A model generated the notes under the pieces. The model searched no databases and was not told the origin of the DNA. It saw only the letters and a list, made by a program, of their open reading frames with translations. This document shows, piece by piece, positions 12,659-27,100 of a stretch of DNA of 64,000 nucleotides. The stretch is from Blasia pusilla (lineage: Eukaryota), in NCBI GenBank assembly GCA_050084515.1, contig CM114271.1, positions 33,356,001 through 33,420,000 of the forward strand, read 5' to 3'. Numbering within the stretch: position 1 is the stretch's first letter; the number at the start of each line of letters is the position of its first letter. The position numbers were made by a program, and so were the translations under genes.

Positions 12659-12932
12659 AGGGCAGCACACTGTTTTTGCTGTTATGGGATTGTTAATTCA
12701 TCCATTTATTTTATCATTAGGGATAAGCTTTTGATAATGAACAGATTGATTTGGAGGGGTGAGGTTGGTTTTGCGAAAGGTGACGGAAAGACGGGAGATT
12801 CTTATTCCATGCGACGAGTTTTCTGCGGAGGATTCTCATCTTTCCAAAGTGGGAATGAATTGAAGAAAGACGAAACGAAACTTCAGGACACAGATTTGAA
12901 TCCATCGCGGTGTTGCAAAAGCGCATGCCGCA

Positions 12933-15900
12933 ATGGATGCGCCTCAATCACCGACAACTTCTACCAGCACACCTTCTTCTCCTTCGTCCTCGACGGCGGG
13001 AGCGACTTCGGATCCAGGGTCTGCTGTCGGGACCGCTGAGCATACACCACCACGCCGACGCCTCGTGAAAGCCACCTCGTAAGCGATGCAATTTTTTCTG
13101 GTGGTTTTTTGGTGCGATTTCGTTGTCAATTTCTGATCATAAGCTTTGGAATTCTGAAGGTGTAGGTAGGCCAGTGGATTTTCAACGTTTCAACCTGCGG
13201 CCGGCCGCTCACTCACGCCGCTCGCTTAGCCACTTTACACTGAGGAACTCAGTCTTAGTCAAAATGATTGACACTCCAAGCCATGTGCTGCACTCACAAA
13301 AAACCCCTTTGCCCGTTGGTGAAAGAAGACGGACCTAAAGAATCCTCAGCGTTTGTGCACCGGGTGTTTCTTGGGGTTCCGAGGGTATTTGCCTCTTGAT
13401 ATGCTAAACTAGAGAAGGAATCACAGTGCCTTGACGAAATCATTTTAAGGTGAAGTAACTGGAACGGAGATGCCCTGCAGTCGACATGCGACGAGAGGGA
13501 TAGCACGGCGACCTGGACTATTCGTTGTCAGGGCTTTTTGCTCGAGATTAGCATGAATTCCAATTGCTTGATTAGAGAACCATGAGCAGCAACCCCCGAG
13601 AAACCCTGTTGGGTCAGTGGCCTGAAGTTACGTCACACGCAATCGCAATTCGTCTTGGAAAAGGTCGTAGGAGGAGCCGGTTAGCTTTGTGATGATCAAG
13701 TCACCCAGCGGATTACCTCGCCGGTAATTTGATCTCCGCCCATCTTCAAAGATCCTTTGCAAGGTGCCGGTTGTGACCGGCACTTTGAATTGGTTGGAAT
13801 GGGATCGTGGGTGGAAGAAATTGCTCCCACAAATTGTCTTCCATAACAATTCAGGGGTTGTAGGTAAGGTGGATTTCACAGCTAGAAAGTGATGTCGTGT
13901 ATGAGGGACGATGTGTGTGAGCAGTTTTAAACACTACAAAATTTTCATTTCTCTGATCCGCCAGGCGGTCCCACTTTGATGAGCAACCACCACGGGTAAG
14001 CTCCAAGCGCGAAGGAGGTGGAGGTGGGACAGGACCACCAGGCTTTGTCTTCGATCGCTCATCAGGAACTCCATCGCCAACCTCAGCTGGAATGATAGCA
14101 GGTCCAGCCAGCTCTGCTCTCGGAGTGCCATCAGTACCTGCAGGCATCGCTGGAACATTTCGAGACCGAGGCGTGATCCGGCCTAATGTGAAAGGTAAAC
14201 TGAATTTCTGACTTCCCAAATCGCTTAATGTACATATTCCGCCATTAACACTGATTCTTTCCTTTCCGATCTCTTCAAAGTGACCCTGGATGATCGGCTT
14301 GGACAGGATATTGTCTCATTACTACTGGATGAAAACGTTCCTGCAAATAGATAAGAGTTTCTTGTGTCCCTTGGGAGAGAAGCTTCAAAGCTTGTAATGA
14401 GGATGTATGCAATTATCACTGCACAGGCACTCACTGTGCTCTACCGAGCGAGAGTAGATCAAATTTGGTAAAACCAATTCCAATGTTTTAATCTTCCATA
14501 CCATGTTAGTTTCTGTATATTCTCAATGTTATTGTTGGAGGAGGCGTGGACTTCATAAGTGTTACTCTTATTTGTATTAACTATGAATTGGCAGACGCAT
14601 GTTTTAACCTCAGCTTAGTGCTTGAGTAGAGGTTTCCAAATCTTCTCAATTTGCATCTTCTTAAAAAGCTTTGACTTGGGCAACCAAACTGTATGCTGGT
14701 TCACAGGTGATGTACAAGGGGACTATAATCCCCTCGGGCCGGCTGGTGGTTCTGGTCCCCCTAAATTGGGAAGGTGAGGACTGAAGTCCTTGCATGTCAA
14801 ATCCAACACCTGAGCTTATGTATCTACCTGGTTGTTGTAATTGCAGTTTGTTTAGGATAAGGAGAAAAGGGTAACCTTGTTCAGCTGGTGGCAAAAGATG
14901 TATTTTTTTTCTGCAGTGGTTCTCGTTTCAAGGATTTTATTTGCTAGTTGCTTTGTTCAAATGAAAGTCCTGGTCTGTTTTCTGCTAGACATGTCCAAGG
15001 TAGGGTGCATCCTAACAGCCAGTGTGTGTCATTATAAGTTGTTTTCCCTGTTCTCCAACATGGGGAGTTGTGGTATTCCTGACATACCAAAGATGTGATA
15101 TGGTCTGATCTTCCCTCAAACTGAATATGTGCTGCGACTCCCCATTCTGCTATTTTTTTCCTATCAGGCGCATTTAATGTTGTTTCTTGGCTTTGCCTTG
15201 GTCTCTGTATTGAGCTCACTCCACATAAATGCCTGTAAAGTATGTTTGGTTTCTTCTTTCTTTTTGACATTTTTATGGGTTCTGTCACTGAAAATCCATG
15301 TCAGGCGTTGGTCCACCAGCACCACAGGTTCTTTTTGCATCTCAGTGGAATTATACTTTATGTTAAACAAAATTAATGAGTTCTCTGAGGGAGTATTCTT
15401 GTTGGCTTTGTCGAAAGAAGCTGCAGCACATGATTTCTGAGGATGACATATATCTGTTCCATTCAAGCAACCTGATGAATGACTTTTGGCATCCTATAGA
15501 CCACCATTCGCTGCGAATCCTGGGATAACAGATGTTCGACCACTGGGACGGCGTGCAGAGGTATACCTAAGCAGTTGCTTGGATTTCTAGGATAAATGCG
15601 CTAGGTAAAATTTAGATGTATGGGTGGTTGGAGATAATTTCATGTAGTTGCTTTGATGTGGTTTGGATGTGACCTATAAACTCTGGTTTTTTGTGAAGGT
15701 GGGCAATCTTCGTAGACATGAAACATCATCAGGGCAGAAGCATGCAGAAGATATGCGAATTCAACAAGCCAAACGGGCTCGGACTCAAACACTTGGTGCT
15801 CCAGGAAACTACAGAAGCTTTGACTCCCAATTTGGGAATTTCCTAGTCCCGGTGATTCCCAATCAATTTTTCAGCAAGACACCACCATCACCAAGCACAC

Positions 15901-15938
15901 CAGCTGCACCATCTGTAACAAGTCAAGGTAGTCGATAA
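12933..15938 (+). CDS. Uncharacterised low-complexity Ser/Pro/Gly-rich protein (~247 aa), 5 exons: 12933-13078, 13965-14194, 14707-14773, 15500-15560, 15699-15938
   Basis: Canonical GT-AG sites with compatible phases (2,1,2,0) give one open frame MDAPQSPTTS...GNYRSFDSQFGNFLVPVIP...QGSR*. Confidence 0.75.
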
Positions 15939-18900
15939 ATCACACAGCAAGCAGAGACGAAATCCTATCATTTGCCTCCAATGGACCAAATTTAGGATTT
16001 ATAGTGGTTGGGTATGTTCCAATTTAATTATTAACTCAAGGAACAAAGAAATGGAGCCAAAACCACCATAGAAACTAGAAACTCGTCACTTCACATGGCT
16101 GTAACTGTTCTTTTTGCACCATCTTATAGGTGGTATTTCTCACACGGGAATGGGACAGAGACAAGAAACTAAAGGTGTGGATGGTTACCACGTCAATGGC
16201 ATCTAAAACCACCTCAAGACCCTCCACAACGCCTGAATTCCTTAGAAAGGGTTGCCTCCAAGGAGCTCATCCTTCAGAAAATCACCCAAGGGCTCCACTT
16301 TCTCCTTCAATGCCTGCATTACTGAAGCAATCTGTTATCCGTGAGTTCATCCTTCAGGAACGTATCTAAACGTTCACTTTTCTCTTTAATGCTTGCATGG
16401 CCAGTGGGAATGACATTCTCTTGCTGAGCTTGGTTTTCAAGACTCTTGTAAAAAGTACTGGATTTCTTATGTCCTCTAACATCTATCTAAATGTCGTAGG
16501 TTCATTGATAAACTTTCTAATAGGTGCTCATGGATGAGAGGAGTGGATGACCTTTTTCTCCATTACCCTAGTTTTAAACTCACTTACCCCTCGGGAGGAG
16601 ATAAGGAATCATGAGGATTAAGTAGTTTAGTTGCCTATGTCTGACCGATCAAATTTTGAAGTGCAATCTGTCTGTGAATTTGAGACCCTTGCAATCTGTC
16701 CACGTGAATTTTGAAATTCCTGAAAGAGAGTGTTAGGAGCTGACCCAATAGATGAGAATTCTTCAGCCCAGTGACATTTTTTTGACATGTAATTTCAACT
16801 CCCGATTCATCTGTGGACCAAGACAATAGGACCTCTTTCTGGCCCTCTCCTGTCATCATGTTTGTAAATCCACTTGTGTCTTTGTAAATGGATCAAGATT
16901 CATGGCTGGCCAGCCATTCCCTTTTCACCTGATTTCAAAATCACTTGCCACTGTTATATATAGTGTCTCGAGCAGATTTCAGATCCAATAGATGATTGTT
17001 TAAAATTCAAGATTCAGTTCTATTGGTAAGATTGCACTATGAACTGAGAGCAATTCTACCTCTTTAGGAAGGACTGTAATCAAATGCGCAATAAATGTAA
17101 TTATTTAATTAATCTTCCTTTTGCTCTCTTAGGACTCAATCCAGTCCATATCTTAGATTCGACTCTTCACATTATTTTGTATCTTAGTCGGATGAAATTT
17201 TCTATCCCTTTTTATGCTGAGTGTTGTTTCCTTTGCGTGGGTGGAAGAGTGGGAGAATTGTTGAATCACTTTGTTTTCTTTTCTAATGATTTTTCCTGAA
17301 AGAAATTGTGTTTCTCCACGGCCACAAAAGTGGAACTGTTGCTAAGATGCGGACATTTCAACATGATCTGTGTCTAGTTGGTTTAGTTTTGGTTGTCTAC
17401 TGTAGTTTTCCAGCCCTTTGTAAGCTGGAAAGTGGCCCATCCTTTTCGACACAACTAATTTTCCTAAAGATTTCAGGCTGAGAAAGATAATGTCAGAAAT
17501 GAGAGGAAACTAGATTGAACTTGCCTTCTGTACAGTGTTGGAGTAGTCATCTGAAGTCAGATAAAGAGGCCATGATCCATTTACAAAGAGATGAGTATGC
17601 TCTTATGTTTGGAGTAAACAATAGAACTATGTGCATTGTCACTACTATGAGCTCTTGTAGACGTGAGTTTATTCTATGTTAATTCTTGTCGATGTTGGTC
17701 TTGGCTCAAGACTCCAGAGGCTTGAAGAGAGAATTGGAGCGACTTGAGTATCCAGCCATGAAAATTCTGAAGGAGCCCCAATTGGGGCTTTCAATTCTAC
17801 TATGCGTTGGATTTGAAAGTCTTTAAAATTCAACAAATGCGTGTCATGTTAGAAGTAATCCTAAATTCGAAGCCCTCTTTGTTTGGTGTGATGAGCCATG
17901 TGCAATATTCATATTATGTCTAAAAGTGAAGAATCATTTGATAAGATGACAACCTTATGATTTGTCTCTTTCATGCCTTTCTCCAACATTCATCCTGCAT
18001 ACTTTTGATTTTTTTGTTTTGAAATAGTTGAAGCCAAGTGTTCCAACTTACAAGTTATGTATCCAAATTTTGGGTATGAGATCAATTTGAAAGACACATA
18101 ATGATTGCATTTGTGAACTCATATGGTTGTTTCTCAAGTAGCTTGTAAGTTTCGCTCCCTAGAGGCATTCTCTAACACTCATTGAGCTCATCTACATCCA
18201 TGCTTGGCACACGAGTAGGGGTTTGGTTCACTAATTTTTTTTTCTAATCTTCCATTCCATCTTCCATGGAGTAACATTCTAAACAATTCTATGAATGCGC
18301 ATTGGATCTCCTGGCCCTTCTCTTTTAAATTTGCATAATTGTGTATGTGGGGAATTTGTTGATGCAAAAGATATCCACACTCTTCGATGTGCACTTATGG
18401 AGAATAATTGGTCATTCATGATTTGATTAAAGATATAATAGGATCAAAGACTTGTATTGCACAACATATTGTTGGGCAAGAGTAGTTACATATCGTACCT
18501 TCTACTACTCAAATAATCCCCCGTCGATGAGTTGATCTTTTCTTGTTGGTTAAAACACTTGCTGACCAAAGGCTCGTAGGGATTGCTGGATTTCTTATTT
18601 TACAAACTCATAATATGATACCCATAGGGTAGGGAGCATAGTGTGAAGTTTCTAAGTGGCTTTTATCTATTTGACAATGTGGTGGTTCTTAATCGAACAC
18701 GTTTTGACTTTAATTGTTAGGTACGTAAAAAAGATTTTGCAAATGTTGCAACAAGAAGAATTAGGTTGTGCATTGAAACATTTAATCAATAGATTTATTC
18801 CTTTCATAGAGGAAGTTTTTCCGGCATTGAAATGTAATTTTTCATACTATCTTTCAAATATGTGCTGATTATTCCCTTGAGGATCATTAAAGTCGCCCCT

Positions 18901-20519
18901 TCTCATAGGCCTTGCTCTCCATCAAATTTAGCATCAATGTGTCACACATATTAGTGGTCAATTAGGCACTATGGATTATGGAAGGAGAGAGTTGGTATCC
19001 CTTCATATTAATGTAGAGGTAGACGTTTTAAAGGCAATTATTTTCAAAATATTTTGCATATAAATTATTATTTTAAATTATTTGATTGAAATTTTACCCA
19101 AGCCTAACGCAAGTACTGTTCAAGTAAAAATAGTTCTAAATATCAAGTATTTTTTTATGCCAAAAAATACTCTCCCAATTTTTTCACATCCACATTATAC
19201 CCAAATCCCAAAAAGATGAAGGATCTTAACAAATTTACGTGGTAATTGTTTTTGAACAAAAGGTACCAAAAAATGAAAAAAGAATTTGGTACCCAAGGGA
19301 GAACCATTATAACCCATTTAAGGTATTGTCCAACCCTAAGATCTTCAACATCATGCCATGGGCCCTTTCTAAACCACAATATCATTTAGAAATTGTCAAA
19401 CCCTTCAAATGTATTTTTAAAAATCTTTACTTATTCTAGCAAATTTCATACCAATCCAAGAGTCCTAAAATTGTCTCAGATAGAAATGCCCAAATGATCT
19501 CTTAAGCATCCAAAAAGAATGAGTGAAGCTTTCCTACATATCCACTACTTCTCAATTTCAGTTTTTCATAGGTGAAATTTCTTACAAAGTATAGGTGCTC
19601 TAGGATGTTGTTGGGGTCCTTATAGTCTCTTTTGACTTTCAAATAACCATTCACATATCATGATATTTAACCTCAAGTTTGTATTAAAAAATCACCACTA
19701 ACGAAGTAGGGGTTCATATGGTCTATTTTAGCGTAAGAAAAATATCCTAAATATTACTAAAAAAATTTTATTAAACTAAATAAAATTTCTATTTAAATAA
19801 TATTAAAAAAATAAGTCCTTCAAGCTTTGGATAAAGTGTTATAATGTAAGTATTCTTCATGTAATATTTTACCAAATACCTTCATCCAAAAGAATAATTT
19901 CAAGAGTATAAAACACAGTATAAAAAAAATCTTCCAAGAGTGTCTTTTTCCAAAATTACCATATCCCATAAAAAGACTTGTGGAAGATGCAGTACTATCT
20001 CACACTATGGGCTTTTACTTGAGTAATACTCCCTCAAAGTGGTAAGTTTTGACATAACCACATCATTACTATCATAAAAGGGTAAAATTCTTTTTACCAC
20101 CTTATGGACATACACTCCAATGGTTAAACCTTTTGACAATGTGACATCCTTTCATGTACAAACCACTAGCTTAGCTTACAAGACTTGTGACTATCCTATA
20201 TAAGCCATGGAATAAAAATTTTACTTGTTAAATCCCCCTCAAATGACATCCTACATAAAGCAAAATGTACATTCCCATTTTCACTCCCTAAGCCCTTCTT
20301 AATAATTTCCCTTCACAAATTTTTTTACACCATCCAACTTGTTGATAAAACAAACATCATCTCCAAGAGGGAAAACGTAGTTGTTATTTTCTCTTCCCCT
20401 CCTCTAGATCTTGGGGAAATATATATCTCCTTTTATTAGGTCCTAAACTTCGCAATACATTACGAGGATGTAAGTTGAACTCCCTTTACGACATGCCACA
20501 CGTCTTAATGAAACCCTTT

Positions 20520-20800
20520 TTACCACGTCTGACACTTTGAAAATGGTCACAAGGGTAACGAAACCCTAGATGTTGTAACCCTTGCTATGGTACAATGTCT
20601 TATGCATCGTAAACTTGTGCCCAAAGTTACGATGCCCATATGTTATAAACATGAAGTATAATGTTTAGGACATTGTAAAAGCCTTTATGTTGGTTATGAG
20701 GTACATGACATCATAAGTTTGAGGGTTCTTATGTTGCAAAATAGGGGTTGATTTTCAAAAAAATCATTCAAATTATGATGACGTAGAAGTATTGTAAATT
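20520..20800. repeat. Degenerate short-motif array (catcgtaa/ttacgatg-like), probably the subterminal region of an old DNA transposon
   Basis: Recurring gttgtaac, catcgtaaa, gttacgatg, cattgtaa, catcataa and ttatgatg in both orientations within AT-rich DNA. Confidence 0.3.
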
Positions 20801-23353
20801 TCTACAAGAGAATTAGGGGAGGGGGTTGCAAAATTTCCATGGTTTTGGGGTGGTAAATTATCCTTCTTGAAGAAATACAAATAAGAGGTAAAAATAAAAA
20901 AGTAAAATTCGTGGGGGTGACATAAGTTTATCCCACTACAATGATGGTAAAGGGGGAGAGTGTAACTAGTAAACCATCTTTAGCAATAAACATGTCCGAG
21001 CAATAATTGTAGGGATCATAGTAGGAGGAGGTTATTGAATGAGGGATTGAATTGAAGGATCATGTATGGATCGAGAACACGATTGATGTCTTTTGATCCA
21101 AATTGGAGCAAACTCCTTACCACAAGCACAAATGTAGAAGAGGAAAGACTACATGGGGAAGAGATGTGAAGTGAATGAGGCAATGAAGGAAAATGATGTG
21201 TGGGTAAATAAGTTGCGGAAGCAAGAGGAGCAAGAGGGGGAATAAGGGTAGAAAAGATGGGAATTAGAAATAAGGTTTCACATGAGACATATGAAAAAGT
21301 AATAGCGAATGGAATAGCAACTTGAAAAACACTTAATGATCCTCAATGTTCTCCTCCTCCTCTTCTCCCTGCCTCTTCTCCCTTCCAAAGGCATTTTATA
21401 GGAAATAATTTTTCTTTTTAAAAAAGTTAAATTGTACAAGCATGCCTTCCTTTTGCCCCTTACTTATATCTCCCTCCTCAACTACTTCCCTTCCTTATTT
21501 TGAAGAAAACAAATAAAAAATTAACCTCCCAAAAAAAATTTTGAAAAAAAATTATCACCAAATTTCCATCTTATGAGAAATAGGTTGGAGGTTCCTATTG
21601 CAAATAAAATTCAAATGGTAGCTTTTTTTTATGCCTCCATACATAATTATTTTTTGTGCAAGGCAAAAGGTTGGTCAATTGGTTTTACGGTAAAAGGATT
21701 GCATCGCTTATCATCTTCTTTCGTACGTTTGAATCGTGGAAACGTGTTTGAATATTTTGAATCGTCTTCCCTTTCCCCGTTGTGCACTTCTTTAAAGTTA
21801 TGTGGGTATTATTGTTGATTACTTACATGTTAAAAGTTTTGTTCGTCTCAAATGTCTAATAAATGTTTGGTAGTTTAAAAATTTTAGATTCAAAATATTA
21901 ATCTTAGATAATTTATCAACATGAAACACGTGGCACTAAATATCTAGTCAAAAATTTTCACATCCTCATGGATATTTTGTATTAGTGCGATTTCACTTGT
22001 TACGTACTTAAAATTTACATGTGTTTGAACTTGTTGGTTTAGTTGAAAGTTTAATATCTATATTGAAGTTCATAGATTGTAGCATTTACTTGTGTATTAT
22101 TTGGCATGATGAAATAGGAAGATGGAATAACATATAGTTTGAAATAAATGTCTCTCTCCAGTCCAATTTTCACATGGTTTTTAATTTCAAGAAAACTTGT
22201 TGGTAGGTGATGGAAGTTGCAGCTAGATTTTGAACATTTGATCCTAGCATGAAGAGATACTAGTTTTCAATTGTTTGGAAACAAGCATAAGTCTAGCATA
22301 TAATATGCATGAATGTTATAAAAAAAACTTAATCTCGCTTAGAGAGCAAGATCAAACAGTTATCTTTAGTTGGTTGGCTTAAATGTTGCATCAAATGCTG
22401 AAAATAAGATGGAGGCTTAGTATGGATATCTGGATGCATCTTTGGAGTGAATGTCGCTCAGTTCTAGTCTCTTATTAGTTCCTCCTCCCCTTAAACTCCT
22501 TGTTGAGCTGTGTCCCAACATTCTCTCATAGCCCACAACTAACCCCTTTTAGCTTATCATTGTGGTAATTATGACAATGACAGATCCCTAATGCCTTATA
22601 GAGGTATTATAAAGTTTAGAAAAATCATACAGATAATGCCAACTCACAACACCCCATAAATTTTAAATGCAAAAAAAGGCAAAGATGGGGTTTTTCTCCA
22701 AGGGGATGAAGCTGGAAAAAAATCTCGCATTGTCTAAGTATTCCAAAAGCGATGGATGCAAGATTTTCTAACTAAATTTTATGGTCCTTAGTTGTTAATG
22801 AAAATGCCTAAAACGATTCGATATTTAAAAGGGATCTTGATAAGTACAATTCATGGATTAGAGAATTGAAAGTTATTGACAACATGAAAATATAATTGTG
22901 GAAGTCATTAACATCTTAACATTTGCAAGTAAAATCCGAAGGTATTTGTAAGTTAGGTCACTTGACAATTACCAAATTTAAAGATTTTTTTGTGAAAAAT
23001 CCGACATCATTTTTTATTTTCATTAATGGAAAGTTTTTTAGAATCAAATTTTATATTATAATCCCAAAAGAGAGCAAGCCAAATATGGAACCAAGAAAGG
23101 ACATATGGTGGCAAAAGGGGATTAATTTTTCAACATAGCTAACCAAAAAATCAAACATGAAGACTATTGGTTGGTCAATTGTAATGGTCGACGAGATGAG
23201 TGGCCATCCATCACTTTGGCCCAATGAGTCAATGCCAATTCTTCTCCACCCTATAATGCCACTAATATGCATTATCAATAATAAGTTATGACAAAGAAGG
23301 ACTACAAGAAGGTGTGAGTTAATGAGTGTCAAGCGAATGGTGATCACATGATT

Positions 23354-24170
23354 TCATGAAAGTATCAAAAGAAACATGTAAGTGCCCAACACTTCCATTG
23401 CAAAAGGGATAAAGTTATTGGTCACATGTTTGACGGCATAAGTTACCTTCTTGATTCTAGTTGTTGCATCAACCACAAAACCTTTAGTATGTGCAACTTG
23501 ACACACCAAATCAAAACGTGTAAGATTGACAAGCACCATATCATCCAATAGATGAAATCCATCTTAAGATACAACTAGATCAACTTGTCAACTACATGTC
23601 TCTTCTATAATAGAAGATAGGATATAGAATTTCTATTGCTCAACGATGGAGCTTGAATTTAGAGCCATTGTTGCTATTGACTATCTGATCATTGCATGCA
23701 TCGCCGGTCGATTTCCACCCGAGTCGCCACCATATGCATGTACAAGAATATGGATACCATTTGTATCAAGAGGTTTCTCAACATGCATAATTAGGCCAAG
23801 GTAGACCTAGAAGAGAAGGATGAGGAAGTCTATGACGTAACTGCAATGTTGTTGAGAATATACTTTGTATAAGAGGGAAGAAGATATTGAGAGGATTGGT
23901 GGTAAGCCATATCCCCACTCTTATTGTCCAAACAAGCTCAAATGAGTGTAGCCATAATTCGCTATAATCTCGTAATAGACTAATCTACTAAAACAATGGA
24001 AGAGGTCCTTTTAGAAATTCCATCGCATGCATGAAGAAGTTCTTGTGCAATTCAGCTTAGGCTTTGATAGCACAAGAATATTCAGTTGGGTTGTGCGAAT
24101 TAGTAGGAGTTGATGAACGGATGGGGTTACCCGAGTTATTTTTGATTGGTTAATTTCAGGAATCAAGATT
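23354..24170 (-). mobile_element. Decayed 3' part of a CRE/R2-like non-LTR retrotransposon (CCHC + restriction-like endonuclease)
   Basis: DDMVLVNLTRFDLV...KGFVVDATTRIKKVTY...FIPFAMEVLG resembles the RLE C-terminal D..K.Y..F.P.A.E..G signature. Part of the segment recurs at ~48360-48520. Confidence 0.55.
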
Positions 24171-25589
24171 CAGGAAAGACATAATCAGTTCAAGACCTCC
24201 TTTGTGTATCTCTACTATTTCCCATGCTGTTGATCTTCCTTGTTGTTTTTTCTTTTAGAATGTTGTTGCACTCTACACTATGTGTCTTGTGTACGACGTC
24301 GCAACATGTACGCTTACGATGGCATCCCGATTTGAGCCCTTGCAATGATGTTGCCACCCTGCCATCGTTTGATTGATTCATTCATTTTATCTCTTCATTT
24401 CGCATTAGTGCGACGCTTTGTGGCGGCCTTTCTTGATTGAGTAATTCGTTGAGTCATTCATTCATTCAATAATTGACTACATGCTCACACGGGGCACAAG
24501 GAAGTAATTCCGAAGGCAAACAAAAGGCTGCTATGGCAAACAAAGAGTCATTCCCTGCCCGCGGCGTTATCCAATTGCCATTAGTCAAATTCTTGCCTTT
24601 ATTGTTGTAGACATTTTGTGGTACCCTAAGAAAATCCCTTTTTGGTTGTGGTCACCAAATTTTTCTTTTACACCAAAATGCCTTACCATATTTAAATGGC
24701 ACTTCATTTTTGGAAACACCTTTATGATGGGTAGTGAGTTTGATCTCCGAGCTCATAGGTTGTGACCCAATGCATAATGGCAACAACTTGCCTGCAAGTT
24801 GATGTGACTGAAAACTCTTAGCACGGATTAGCATCCCGATTATCAATGCCTGGTGGCCTCCTTGGTGGTGCAAAAACCGATCTGGGGGGGATTTCGTCGA
24901 CACCCGTGGTTATCTTTGTGTCTACAATTGCCACAAATAGTTTCCTTTCCTTTCCTATCTCTATTGGGTATCCCTTACTCCTTGCATTCTTTGCATTCTG
25001 GTAACTTGCATGGCCGCACTCGGGCAACATCACACCTCTACTCCTTATCAAATTTTTTTGAGCCTCCCAACTTTGCACTCAATTCTTGTCTATCGTCGCA
25101 TATTGGGTCTTTTTGGTGGTAATTCACGCAGACTTCTAAGCAGCACCTAACGTTGGTAGAGTGGCCTTACTAGGACTTGGGACGTGCACTCATGTGGTTG
25201 TGCACTCATGCGGTTCACATTACTAGAAGGGTGTGTTTCTTTCAAGTAAAACACTAGTTTTTTCTTCTTGGTCTCAATCTAGAAGCATACATATGCTCGA
25301 ATATCTCCATGTGGTATGGCTACATCTAATGGGCAGATGCGATCAGATTCAAGAACCTTTTTTAGTTTCCAAGAACGACTAAGAGGTGTGTGTCTTCTCT
25401 GCCATGCAATCTAAGGGCACTACAAGTCTATTACCAAAAATTGGCAATGTGCTTGCATACACCTTTTTTAGTTGCTTAAAGTGAGTCGGTAGTAGGTACC
25501 ACAATTTTTTTTCATTTTCTGCTTTTTTTTTTGCATACAACTAATTATGGGAACTCGTTGAGGCTAGATCCTTGAGGCGAGAAGGAAGG

Positions 25590-26222
25590 GCAAGGGGTAT
25601 CCAAAAACATACGCTTTTTGATTTGGAGGTTACTAATCGAGACCCCAACAAGCACACAACTAGTTCAGGAAAAGCAAAAACAAGAGATGCGAAGCTCCTC
25701 GGAGTTAGGAAACAAAGGAGTCGAATACACTCCATCATCCTTGGTCAAGTAGAGGGATGGCATGAGTAGGAGCACAATTCTTCCACATCAGACCTTGCTC
25801 TTGAATGAACTTGAGAAATTCTCAAGTCAGGAGTTCACCCTTCCCTTGAGAACCTGACAGTCTTGGGACAAAAGCTTCTACGAAACGGCCACGACCAATG
25901 GATAGTGAATGGGGTAGTTGAGGATGTTGCGGTGGACCTCTTCATTCAGATTTGCCAACGGATTTAGGTTGTGGGATGATAACCCATGCGATACTAGCCT
26001 ATACTAGAACATGCCTTTTACCTACAACCAGATCGTGTTGTTGTTCTCCTTTGCCAACGCGTACATGAGTAACAAGGGATGTTTCCTTGTTTTGATTGGA
26101 GGAAGTGAAGACAAGCTCTTCAACCTGCACTGCGTGAGGAGATCACAGTGGATGACGCAGTCTTGGGTACTAGGGTAGTCAAGAATAACGATCCCCTAAG
26201 ATCTCCAACAAATCAACTTTGG
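25590..26222 (+). pseudogene. Fragment of a second, diverged copy of the amino-MTase exon (inverted relative to 35665-36230)
   Basis: VEYTPSS...LTVLGQKLLRNGH.W...EDVAVDLFI.DLP.GFRLWDDNP...FSFANAYMSNKGCFLVLIGGSEDKLFNL aligns with the - strand gene and ends at the equivalent splice donor (26222|gttagt). Confidence 0.85.
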
Positions 26223-26239
26223 GTTAGTTAGCAAAAAAT

Positions 26240-27100
26240 ATTTGCAGCCCGTCAGAATCCGATGGATCAATTTTTTCTAAGTATATTTCTCTGCAACCCG
26301 TCAAAATTCAATGGGTTGCACATCTAGTTTTTTCATAACCGCGAGTGCACATGTTGCATTCTGACGGGTTGCACATATGTAAAGTTTTTTACTTCGTTCT
26401 ATGCAACCCGTTGGATTCTGACCCGTTGCACATCTGGTCTTTTTATAATTGCGAGTGCACATGTTGGATTCCAACAGGTTGCATATATGTTAAGTTTTTA
26501 CTTTGTTCTATGCAACCCGTCCGATTCTGACGAGTTACAAAAATGCAATTGTTTCTTAATTCGTTCTGCAAAACGCGTCCGATTCCAATGGGTTGCACAT
26601 ATGTTATGTTTCTTACTTCATTCTGCGTAACCTGTTGGATTCCAATTGGTTTCCGATATGTTATGTATTTTTGTGGCTTCCGTGCAACCCGTCCGATTCC
26701 CACGGGTTGCAGATATATTATGTTTTTTTGACTTCTATGCAACTCGTTAAAATCCGATGGATTGCCGATTTGTTATGTTTTTTCCTGGATTTTTTTCAAC
26801 CCATCGGATTTCAACCGATTGCGCAAAACATTGGCACAAATTCTTGCTTAATTCTGCGCAGCCCCCCAGAATCAAACTCAACAGTTTTTTCTAGACACTT
26901 GCACGCTTTCTTGTATATGCTACACTCATACCATTGCAACCCATTGGAATCCGTTGGGTTGAGATAGAGAAATCATTCACTCTCGTTACCCCTTGATGCT
27001 GACCAACATTATTGCCAATTTCTTCTGTGCAGATTGAGTATTCGTATGTGTTTTTGTTAGGGTCATTGACCACTATTGGATTCCGACAAGTTGGTTGGCT
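26240..27100. repeat. Array of TGCAACCCGTCGGANTCCGACGGGTTGCA-type palindromes (~60-bp period)
   Basis: More than ten degenerate copies, e.g. tgcaacccgtccgattcccacgggttgca at ~26683-26711. Confidence 0.9.

Noticed and set aside
16400-23300. Short ORFs in the AT-rich intergenic region
   Set aside because: No recognisable motifs or consistent splice structure.
24400-25480. Possible decayed transposase fragment
   Set aside because: No interpretable motif could be recovered in any frame.
26240-27100. CRISPR-like look of regularly spaced ~29-bp palindromes (also 40230-40960 and 43240-44090)
   Set aside because: The repeats are degenerate, the linkers resemble each other rather than being unique spacers, there are no cas genes, and the context is eukaryotic introns.
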